Shown: in pieces, positions 50,045 to 60,570 of the stretch
How the letters are laid out: every line of letters starts with the position of its first letter
How positions within the stretch are numbered: the stretch's first letter is position 1
Source: Octopus sinensis
Taxonomy: Eukaryota
Assembly: GCF_006345805.1 (NCBI RefSeq)
Contig: NC_043000.1
Location: 82,770,001 to 82,834,000, forward strand
Direction of reading: 5' to 3'
DNA: 64,000 nucleotides
Translations under genes and position numbers: made by a program
Notes under the pieces: generated by a model
Seen by the model: the letters and a program-made list of their open reading frames with translations, nothing else
Databases searched by the model: none
Told to the model about the DNA's origin: nothing

Positions 50045-53000
50045 TCATAGGATCATAGTCAAGGTGTCTTCGTCATTCACACGTGCCATCCTTGCTACAT
50101 TCACCCATCTTTTTTTAAAACATTCACTAGACAAAACTTGCCTCTCTACTCTCACTTTCCTCTTCAAGTGATACTTAAAGAAGTTGATGAGAGGTTGACC
50201 AGAGAGGAAAGTGTTTGTCTCTAATCCTTTCAGGCGCGTCCACCAGATACATTCTTTCGCCATAGCCACAAGTATGATAAAAATAGCTCTTCCTTCCCGT
50301 TTGAAGGAAGGAGGCGTGACGATATTAACGATAGACTCGGCTGATAAACCGACACGTACCACACGTGACAGCAGTCGTTCGACATAAGCCCACAGGTCGG
50401 AGATTGTTGGACACTGCACGATTGCGTGCAGAACGGTTTCGTAGCTCTGCCCGCATCTCGGGCAGGTCGGCCCCGTGTTTCTCGAGCCATGCCTATAGAG
50501 CTTATCCCGAACGGGTAGCGCTTCTCGGTAGCACTGCCAGGCCAGGGATCTCTGGAAGTTGTCCATAGGTCCCGGCCCGAATGTCGTTTCAAACAGGCGG
50601 GTCCTCGTCGACGCCCAGGTTTGCCCCAAGATCGTCGTCGTACCTCCCCTCCACTAATCGCCTATAGAATGCTTTGGTTGTGTTGAAGTCACTCAAGGTC
50701 GACCCGGGACGGCATAGTTGCTTGAGAGCAACGCGACACTCGCGGTGCCTTCCTCGGCCTCTTTTTGATCCACGACTGCAGTTCGGTCATGGAGACGAGC
50801 TGCGGGAAAGCGTGCCTCACAAACGGCGACCACACCTGTTCACCGTCGTCTACATAGAGCCGGAGATGTCGCAGTCTCAGCGCGTGTCTGCGCATCATCA
50901 ACCACGGCATGCCCAGCCCTCCTTTTAACGGGTGTTGACAGCAAATGGATCGCCTGACCATCGGGACGCATCCTTTCCACAAGAAGCGGAAGAGAATGCG
51001 TTCTAGTTTGGTGATGGTAGGGTCGGGACAAGGTACGACGGTCAGGCGGTAGTAGATGACTGACGTGATGTACGTGTTCGCCACCTCCGCCCGACCTTTT
51101 AGGGACAGTTTCCTCTCGGCCCATTGCCGGGCGAGAGTGACCACCCTACTCGTTATCTCGTTCCAGTTTTTCTCCATTTGGAGGTCCGGACCGAACCAGA
51201 CCCCGAGCAACTCAACCGGGCCGTCCGTCCAGCGTCCCACAACGGAGGTACTGGTGGACGGCATGGGCTTGCTTCTCCAGGTGCCCAGCCGCAAGCCCAC
51301 TGACTTTTCCCGGTTGATTTTTGCTCCTGTCACCGCTTCGTAGTCTTTCAGTGTCTCACCGACCAGCTCGATGTGCTCGTGGCTTGACACTATGACGGTG
51401 ACGTCGTCCGTGTATGCAGACACGCTTGTCCCGCATCCCAAACCAGCCGCTCTCAGGACTGCCTCCAAGTAACGATGGTCTACCCTATCGAAGGCTTTCG
51501 ATTGATCCAAGTTGATCAGGGCCCCACCCATGCCAGGTTCCTTAACTACTCTGTCTATGATGTAGCGCATCAGATGGAGGTTGTCATGGATGCTCCGGCC
51601 CGGAACGGTGCACGTTTGTGCCTTGTCGACCAGTTTCTCGATGACAAGCACCAACCTCTTGGCTAACACCTTGGTCAAAATTTTCAGGTCTGCATTGAGC
51701 AGAGTGATTGGTCTAAAGTTATCTATAATGTTCCCCTTGTTTGGATCTTTCTTCAGCAGCGTTACGGCTCCTCGACTCACAAAACCGGATATGCTCCCGT
51801 TTTGCTGCCAGTTGCAGTATACCGCTGCCAAGACGTCTCCAAACAAGTCTGGCATACAATTGTAAAACTCGTAGGGCAGACCATCCAAACCCGGCGATTT
51901 GTCTCTTGAGCATTCTGCCATCGCGTCCCCCACATCCGCCGCCGTGATGGCACCTTCGCAACACTCTGCCTCTCTTGCCGAGAGTCGTGGTAGGCTGTGC
52001 AGGTAGGCACTGAAGTCCACCCTGCGTTCACGCTCGCCACTCGTCCCGTACAGTCGGGCAAAGTGCCGCTGAAATGTCTCGCACATCTTGCTGGGCTCGA
52101 GCAATTCGCGCCCTTGTCCATCTACCAGAGACCGAATGGTGGCTTTTTTGCCATGCTGCGCCTCCGCCACCCGAGCCTCTCTCGTGGCTCCAACACCTTC
52201 CATCCTGAGAGAACGCATCCTAGCCCTGACAGCACACCCTTCGTGTCTGGCGTTGAAGTGTTGGTCAAGGGCCAACCTCTCCGCTAAAACGTCGGATGTG
52301 ATGCCGCTTCTTATTGCTTCTTCTAACTTCTTAACTAACTCACCCTCCACTCTATTTCTATCTACGGCTAGTGCCTTGCTATATCTAATTGCTTCCGCTT
52401 TTACTGCTCTCTTGAGGGCGAAACACCATTTGTTGTTGACAATGGCTCCCGTTAAAGCCCTTTTTACTAACGAGTTGATTCTGTCTCTTAAAACCTGTCT
52501 GGACGGGAAAGATGCGTTCAGTTTCCAGTAACCAGGACCCTGTCTATGTGCCTTATCTAAATCTAGCGTACACGTCACGAATTTGTGATCCGTGTAGCTG
52601 ACTGAGGAATTGTGGGCATCCGAAGTTATCCCTGTCTACTGTCCTACACAGTATCCTATCTAGATACGATCTCGACGACCCACTGCGGTTGCTCCATGTC
52701 CACGTTGGTGCATTTGGGTGGTCGAGTCGGTACCTGTCAGACAGTTGGAATCGTCTGAGCAGGTCTCTGAGGCATTTGCATCCCCTTCTGTTTTTGTCTC
52801 TCTCCACATAGTCTAGATGCGTGTCCAAGGTAGCATTCCAATCCCCCACTAAAAGTAAAGGACGAGACGTTCCCAGGAATACTTCTAGACGTCGAAAGAA
52901 ATTCGGTCGACCTGTTAAAGGCGGTGCGTAGACTGATACGAGTCGAAAAGAGCACCCATTGCTGCCGTCGACATCCAGAACGACCAGTCTACCCTCCGGG

Positions 53001-53261
53001 TCTACGAATATCGTCTTGACTTCGAGATCCAGGCTCATGGGAAAAAGTACCGCGGTGCCACTACCGCCCATCCTCGGCAGACAGGGAGCAAAATAAATGT
53101 TAAACTGTCCGCCAAACATGGACTTTAGGGCCCGTGGATCGTGGAGTCTGGTCTCACTTATGGCTGATTCCCATATCGTGTGACCTGATGTCATTTAGGA
53201 GGTATCCTTGTTTCCAAGGAGACCCCAAGCCACGTGCATTCACACAACCAATCTTGACCAT
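50045..53261 (-). pseudogene. ORF2: APE endonuclease + reverse transcriptase + C-terminal zinc finger, frameshifted
   Basis: MVKIGCVNARGL, ISETRL, VSVYAP, VGDWNA, SYLDRI; GPGYWKLN, KSPGLDGL, NFRPITLLNADLKI, DQSKAFDRV, YTDD, LLGV; CPRCGQSYETVLHAIVQC; QGCPLSP block missing. Confidence 0.95.
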
Positions 53262-53311
53262 GATTCTATTGGGGTGTGTGCTTTAAAACACAAAAAGGAA
53301 GGTACAGAGAA

Positions 53312-55719
53312 TTACTTACTTGTGTCGAAAGTCTTGGCTTCCGCGTCCTTTGATGTGTCTTGGAGGAGGTTTTTATAGAATTTTTTCGAAAGATATTTTT
53401 GGAACCCCCCAACCGCATTTGGAAAGAGGGCTTTGAGTGTGTGGTGTTGTGTTTGTGTGATGTGTAGTATTTTGATGTGTTTGGGTGGTGTAGTGCGTGG
53501 GTGGTTGTTAGTTTTGAAGTCATCTTGACAGATGTTTGTGTGGGCTGTGATGTACTCCATTAGTTTGGAGTCTTTGGTGTCTATCGCTGATAGCATTGTG
53601 TGTGTTTTTGTGGTGTTGGTGCTTGTTTGGTTGTGTATGGAGCTTTCAGGGTTCAGGTATCTCCCTGCTTTGGTTGCGTTTTCTTGTTTGTTTGTTTTTT
53701 ATCTTTTTCTTTTACCCCCGGTGGCTATTTGCCATTCTGTCGAACTTTCATCGTTAGATGAAAAGTCTGACGAATCAGAAGGGGGTAAGGGCAAAGCATC
53801 TGGGTCTGTTTGTGCGGTTGTAGATATTGTTGTGGTGTGCGGGGGGGGGGGGGGGGGTTGCTAGGGGGTTTGGTGTGGTAATCGTCTCTCCTACATCCTT
53901 GGTGCTTGTCTTCTTCGTTGTTGTTCTCGGTGTTGGAATTGGTTTAGTTGTTGTTGGTGGTGATGATTCTGTTCTTGGCGCAGGTGGTGGTGTTGTTTGG
54001 TTGGGTTGGTCCGTTCTTTGTTGCTCTTCATGCATTTCTGCATATAGCTTCTTGATTAGCCGTCGATACTGTGGTGTGGGCAATAATGCTGGCTTTTGTG
54101 GTTTTTCCTGCGGCTGTTGTTGTTGTTGTCGTTGTTTCGCAGCAGATTTGCACTCCTTTTTGAGGTGTGTTTCACTGCCGCATGTATAGCAGCGTGGCCT
54201 TCTGCCCTCGACTACTACATACAACTTGCGGTCATCCGCAAGATGTACGTGGGTGGGAATTTTGTTAATGTCGTCTTGGCTTATGTGGAGGAGAATCTCC
54301 AGTCTCTTTCCCACCCAGTCCTTGTGTTTCGAAACAGCGATTTCCAGGATGTTTATGTCCTCCATTTCGACGCATATGGCGGATGTTATCCATAGTGTGT
54401 TTGTTATTTGCGGGACATTATTGATAATGACCTTTGTTACCCTCTGGCCAAGGTAATTGGGTGTCATTGTTAGCTCATCTGAATGAAGAGTTAGCGCTGA
54501 GAATTGCTTTGCCAACTCTTCATTCTGAAAAACCACCTGTACGTGGGCAAACTTGTTCGGCCAAGTTACATACTCCTCGTATCCCCAGATGGGGCGTAGG
54601 CATTTTTCTATTTTGTCCGTGTTTGCTTTTTCTGGACTTTTAGTTGTGTTGTTTGTTATTTTATAAATAATCGTTTTCTTTTTTTCCTCATTCAGTATGT
54701 GTTGTGGTTGCCGTTTTCTTTGGTGATTAGGGCTCAGAAGTCTTTTATCTGCTGTGCAGTAAACGATACTATTGTTTTTTTTTTTCTTTTATCGCCTCGG
54801 CGAAGTTTGTTGTTGTTTTGTTATTGTTGTTACTGCTGGTGGTGTTGGTGTTGATGGCAGAGGTGTGGGTTGTGGATATATTAGGTTTGTGGTTGCTGAT
54901 TATGCCACTAGTAAGGGGTGGAAAATTGTCTGCATAATTTGCCCCTGCGTTAGCGCAAATTTCGGCAACTGGTTTGATGGTCGCGGTTATTTCTTTCTCT
55001 CCTTCACTTGTTGGTGATGGAGGGAACAATGGCTGAAGGGAATTGTTGTTGTTGTTGTTGTTGTTGTTATTGTCGTTCTTGATGGCGGCGGTGGTATTAG
55101 TAGCAAGGGAGGCAGTCGTAGTAGCAGATATTGTAGTGGCGGCATTAGTGTTGACGGCACGGTCTTTGGTGGCGGTGATGGTGATTGGTCTGGGGATCTT
55201 GGTATTGTTATTGTTGTTGAGCCGGTAGAATCGTTAGCACGCCGGGCGAAATGCTTAGCGGTATTTCGTCTGTCTTTACGTTCTGGGTTCAAATTCCGCC
55301 GAGATCGACTTTGCCTTTCATCCTTTCGGGGTCGATAAATTAAGTACCAGTTACGCATTGAGGTCGATGTAATCGACTTAATCCGTTTGTCTGTCCTTGT
55401 TTGTCCTCTTTGTGTTTAGCCCCTTGTGGGTAGTAAAGAAATAGGTAGTGGTGTTGTTAGCAGTTGTAGTAGCAGAAGCTGCCATGGTGGTGGTGTCGGT
55501 GTTGATGGTGGAATCATTGGTGGCAGTGACGGTGCTTGGCCTTACGACCTTTGTTTTGTAGTTGTTGCTGTTTTCGATGCTGATGGTGGTGGTGGTGGTG
55601 GTGGTGGTGTAAGTAGTGTTCACACAGTCAAGTTCAGCGCTAGGTGATAGGGAATCCTGCTGTTTTGTTTTGGCGTCACGCTTCAGTTGCGCCTCAGCCT
55701 CGTGGTGACCAGTCGCCAT
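53312..55719 (-). pseudogene. ORF1 (gag-like nucleic-acid-binding protein), interrupted
   Basis: CYTCGSETHLKKEC (CX2CX4HX4C); frame stays open upstream of the listed 54536 start to a T-run at ~54780; candidate start AAAATGGCG at 55719; extent beyond 53775-54780 is inferred. Confidence 0.7.
55220..55445 (+). mobile_element. Family A SINE (tail A) inserted antisense in the ORF1 region
   Basis: High-identity SINE body ending TTTAGCCCCTTGTGGGTAGTAAAGAAATAGG. Confidence 0.92.
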
Positions 55720-55935
55720 TTTTGAAAGTAAAAATGGCTAAAATACAAGACGAGGCCTACGAGAATTTTTTAAATTTTGCCCACAAAGGGCGAAATTTTG
55801 TGTAGATATTAGTCAAGGTTTGCAGTGGATGTTGTTGCACAACTTTTAAACACAAAATATTTGACAATAAATACTTTTGAACGTACAAAATGACCAACTT
55901 ACTTGGAGCCCATTTGACTTGCGTCTGTCTGTCCA

Positions 55936-56200
55936 GATAGGAAAGTGAGAGTAGAGAGGCAAGTTTTGTCTAGCGAACGTTTTAAAAAAAGATGGGTGAA
56001 TGTAGCAAGGATGGCACGTATGAATGACGAAGCCACCTTGAGCATAATCCTATGAACCCAGAAACTGAAAACAGAGGGTTACCCACTTGCAAACAAATGT
56101 GGTAACATATAACAATATTGACCAAGGTTACCGTGGTCTTTTTCGTAGGCTTTTCTTCCCACGGATAAACCTTACTTGCTTTCCCCTTTACACCATACAT
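55936..56200 (+). mobile_element. Short 3' fragment of the Tx1-like LINE in opposite orientation
   Basis: GGAAAGTGAGAGTAGAGAGGCAAGTTTTGTCTAG..GGATGGCACGTATGAATGACGAAGCCACCTTGA matches the ORF2 end and the start of the 3' UTR. Confidence 0.9.
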
Positions 56201-56203
56201 CAT

Positions 56204-56246
56204 GATAGATAGATAGATAGATAGAGAGAGAGACAGACAGACAGAC

Positions 56247-56280
<34 letters not shown>

Positions 56281-56282
56281 TC

Positions 56283-56327
<45 letters not shown>

Positions 56328-56367
56328 CTGACTGACAGACAAATAGATAGAATGAGATAGATAGATC

Positions 56368-56447
<80 letters not shown>

Positions 56448-56487
56448 CTGACTGACAGACAAATAGATAGAATGAGATAGATAGATC

Positions 56488-56575
<88 letters not shown>
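56204..56575. repeat. (GATA/GACA)n array with an internal 120-bp duplication
   Basis: Sequence at 56283-56400 repeats at 56403-56520. Confidence 0.95.
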
Positions 56576-56576
<1 letters not shown>

Positions 56577-57091
56577 AGTCGTGTGATTATCTCTTCATGT
56601 GAACAGGGTTAGGCCGATTAAAATACAGAATTGAAAATGCTGATGGACGAGGTTGGTGGAGAAAATAAAATTGAATTATTGGGAAAAATGATAAAGAACA
56701 AATAGAAGTAAACACAACTGAAATGTTAAATCAGTATTGCACTTTATTTATTTGAAATACACATATATATCTATGGTTTTCTTTTTTAACAGATAGGATC
56801 CCAAATCAATAATTTGTTTCGCAGAAGTAACTCAAGAGCCGAAAGTTACGTGCGTTGATACTTTCAGACCTAATAGTTTCTTTTAGCAATAACTATTCTT
56901 TGTGCAAAGGCGGCGTAGGCGCAGTTACTTCCCTTGACAGCGGGTTTAAACAAGCTCACGATAGATTGTATTTAAAGTTACAGCCTTGTTCTATGCAGTT
57001 CTTCGTATCGTGTTCCTATCAAATGATATTACTGCCTTCTGAAGGAGTCAACTTTTAGATGACTCCACAACCCTGATTCTAACACCATCTA

Positions 57092-57310
57092 AAGCGGCAA
57101 GTTGGTAGAATCGCTAAGCACGCCGTGCAAAATGATCTGCGGCATTTCGTACACCTTTACATTCTGAGTTCAAATTCACCAAGGTCGGCTTTGCTTTTCA
57201 TCCTCTTGGGGCCGATAAAATAAATACCAGTTGAGCACTGGGATCGATGTAATCGACTTAACCCCCTCCCCCGAAATTGCTGTCCTTGTGCCAAAATTTG
57301 AAACTAATAT
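57092..57310 (+). mobile_element. Family A SINE (tail B)
   Basis: Head, central and tail B motifs. Confidence 0.85.
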
Positions 57311-57431
57311 TTCTTTGTACAAGGCGATTAAACAAGGAGAGAACAATAATTTAAAACAATAACAAAAGTACTACTTTATAAATTCTGCTACAATGAAGAG
57401 AAATGCGAAAGTGACGTCGCGGTACATATTT

Positions 57432-57625
57432 CAGCCCGAAATTTTGCGGAGGAGGCTTAGTCGATTATATCGAACCCATTGTTCAACTGGTACTTATGTT
57501 ATCGAACCCGAACAGTTAAAAGGCAAAGCCGAGCTCGGCGGAACTTGAAGTTGGAACGTAATATCGAAGAAATGTCGCTAATCATTTTACCCGACGTGTT
57601 AACGATTTTGCCAGCTCGCTGCCTT
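57432..57625 (-). mobile_element. Family A SINE, diverged
   Basis: TTAGTCGATTATATCGAACCC..GGCAAAGCCGAGCTCGGCGGAACTTGAA..GCCAGCTCGCTGCC. Confidence 0.8.
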
Positions 57626-57925
57626 CTAATCGAGTTACTATAATAAAAATATTACCCATTGTTTGGAAACATCGTGTTTCAAACAGATAAAGCTTGCAGC
57701 GATTTGAATATGACTTAAAGTGTTCGACAACGGTTGGAAAAACTCGCAGGGACCGAAGATTTATCTATGTTGTGATTATAAGCCTACACATCTTATACGA
57801 GTAATCCTTTGTATCCGCTGACGAAACCGATAAATCACCACACGCTTCTGTGATCTTAACTGACAGAAACACGATGCGTCACAGTCCCGCAGACGGAATA
57901 TTGTAGTTATTGCTTTTTTTTTTTA

Positions 57926-58130
57926 GGGCGGTGAGTTGGCAGAATCGTTAGTGAGCCGAAAAAAATGCTAAGCGGTATTTCGCCCGTCTTTACATTCTTA
58001 CATCGAATTCCATCGGAGTCCTTTTGAGATCGATAAAATAAGTACCAGTTTAGCAATGGGGTCGATGTAATCAACTTGCACCCCTCCCCCACAAATGCTG
58101 GCTTTGTGCCAAAATTTGAAACCAATATTG
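57926..58130 (+). mobile_element. Family A SINE (tail B), internally deleted
   Basis: GGCGGTGAGTTGGCAGAATCGTTAG head; tail CTTTGTGCCAAAATTTGAAACCAAT. Confidence 0.85.
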
Positions 58131-58194
58131 CAGTTACTTTATTTAGCTGTATCTATGGATTAATACACACACATACACGCACAGGTGCGCTAAT

Positions 58195-58339
<145 letters not shown>

Positions 58340-58366
58340 CGGTAATGAAATATATGTACAGTACTC

Positions 58367-58590
58367 CTGAAAATTATCCATAGGCCCTGGCCCGAATGTT
58401 CTCCGGTACAACGTTACTGAAGAGCCTTACCTGTTTGGGATAAACTCTACAGGCATGGTTCTTCATCCACTCCAAGATGCGGACAGGATATAGAAACTGC
58501 TCTGCACGCAATTGTGCAATTTCGGAATTTGGGTTCATGTCCAACAACTGCTGTCACGACTAGGAGGAGTACAGCTGTCATCCGAGTCTA
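58367..58590. mobile_element. Older Tx1-like fragment with an inverted 5' segment
   Basis: 58367-58399 antisense (TFGPGPMDNFQ, 28/33 nt identical to copy 2), then 58413-58590 sense (ALPV.DKLYRHG..PRCGQDIETALHAIVQ). Confidence 0.8.
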
Positions 58591-59099
58591 TAATTACGAT
58601 TATTCCGGCAAATATTTTGGCAAATTAAATTTAAATGTTGAAGTGAATCTAACGGTTTCTTTGCGTTTCTTAAATGGCTCATAAACACCTTCTACGCTGC
58701 AATTGTTTATATATATATGACTGAGGGCTTCGAATGTCCCGTCCTGTGGTTCTTGTGTCGTCTCTTTGGTGTTTCATGTTCTTGTCCCTGTCTGTATTTA
58801 TTTTTTACTGTTTACATATATATATATATATATATAACTTGCAAATTTTAGGAGCAGTGGCCATTATAGTAATAGCAGAAAAGTTACAGAGCGAAGAGAC
58901 AGTATGCCTGTAGGACAAAGGCGGGTGTGTATCGGTGAATAACTTTATTGCTATCCAATTGGTGGCTTTTTTCTAGTTATAGTAAAAATTTTGTATGCCC
59001 AACACAGGAACGCTTGAAACCTGTGTTGATTTTGAAAGCAGCAACATTGCTTTCACTAGATTACTCTGATGGGTGGTAAAGAAAAGTCACCTGTAGATC

Positions 59100-59760
59100 T
59101 AGTTTTATGAAAATGGTACTACTTGTCATTAAGGAGAGTAAGATTCAAGGCGTCAGAGGACATCGTTGCCTGTATTACATTACAAATATTAGAAATGTGT
59201 GCAAGAGGGTGGTAGTTGGCAGAGTCAGAGAAGTTGCCATTTGGAGGGTGAGACACTGTAGCATGTTCCCAAAGATCAAAATAGATTTCTGTTATGAGAG
59301 AAAGGATTAAAGAGTCAGGTGAGTATCATGGCTGGCCATGGGGAGCAATATTTGAATGTACTGAAGGGATATTATTGAGACCAGTTTTTTTGTTTGTTTG
59401 TTTAAATAACTAAAAGTAATTTGCACTTCACTTGTGAGTATGTAAGGCAGTGAAGGAGGATAAAATTATGAACATGTAACTTGGGTGGCTAAGAGTATGA
59501 GGATGGGAGACGATAGAATTGGAGATCTGCCTGGTATCTGCACAAAGTGGCAGTGAAGGGAGATACTTTCTCCAGAGGGGAACTGTTCACAGAACTAATG
59601 TTGCTGTGAATTGAATGGAAAGAGGATTCTGCAACGTTGGAGGAAATCTTTCTGGCAAGAGACCAAAAGGAATGGCTGCAGTTTGGAAAATGAGATAGTC
59701 TGAGAGCTCTACGTTGCCTGAAACTATCTTTTGCGATAAGGATTATTAGACTTCAAGATG
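59100..59760 (-). pseudogene. Fossil LINE ORF2 fragment (EN-RT linker / RT start)
   Basis: CSHSFWSLARKISSNVAESSF resembles the recalled FW.LAKNIS.NF..SSFP motif. Confidence 0.45.
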
Positions 59761-60376
59761 TTGCGTTGCTGGGTAAACGCCACCTAATTTGGGTAGGGGT
59801 GAGTTTCAACAGACATTGTGAGCTTCTATATGTTTGCTTGTTGCTTGGTTTTTGTTTTGTTTTTGTGTGTGGTTTTTTTTCTTTTCTTTTTTTTTTTTTG
59901 CTTTTTGGTTTTTATTGCCTGAATAGCTCTAACGCAACTATGAGTGAATGACTTGTTGACCTGGATTTTTTGTGTGCGAAATGAAGAGAGAAATGCCTAA
60001 AAGGAAGTTACCTGCTAGGCAGTTACTAATGCGTCAGAAGGGAACCACTTTGCTGCCAGGGGTAGTTGGCATATATTTGACGGAGCTTCGTCCAGTCGCT
60101 GGCCTGACTAGAAGGTGGTAGGCAGATGTGCGTTGTATAGTTGCAGTCAGGCAATGGTCGGACAGAGCATCTGTATATGAATGTGTGCGTGCGCGCGCCT
60201 GTCTGCAGGAAGCCATTAGACTGAAAATATAACTTTATGGGAGATGTAAACAAACATCACCACTGCAAACATACACACACACACACGCACGCACGCACAC
60301 ACACATACATACACAAACACACACACGCATACACACACACACACGTATCACTCACATACACACACACACATATTTA

Positions 60377-60570
60377 CAGGGTGCGGCAGAAATACCTCCC
60401 ACATTTGAAAGGTTGACAAAAGGAAAAAGAAACAACATTTATGAAAAATTAATTTTACTGTTGTTTAAACAAAAGGTTATAGTTTTTGTTCATTAGCTAA
60501 ATGAAAATATCATTGGCACTTGCATAAGTTCATTAGCAACACATAGGTGAAAGTTTAAAATGTGGGAGGT
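60377..60570. mobile_element. Tc1/mariner-type MITE with a truncated right TIR
   Basis: TA|CAGGGTGCGGCAGAAATACCTCCCACATTT; partial inverse AAAATGTGGGAGGT at 60557-60570. Confidence 0.65.

Larger units (their letters stand above)
49699..55900 (-). mobile_element. L1/Tx1-like non-LTR retrotransposon, near full length (~6.2 kb including a SINE insertion)
   Basis: ORF1 with CCHC knuckle, ORF2 EN-RT-zinc finger, pyrimidine-rich 3' UTR ending AATAAAGAAACATATC(TATC)n; the 5' boundary is approximate. Confidence 0.92.

Noticed and set aside
57818-57880. Hammerhead-like CTGACGA..GAAAC..GTC
   Set aside because: Closing pairs of stems I and II are mismatched, so it cannot fold as an intact ribozyme; at most a relic.
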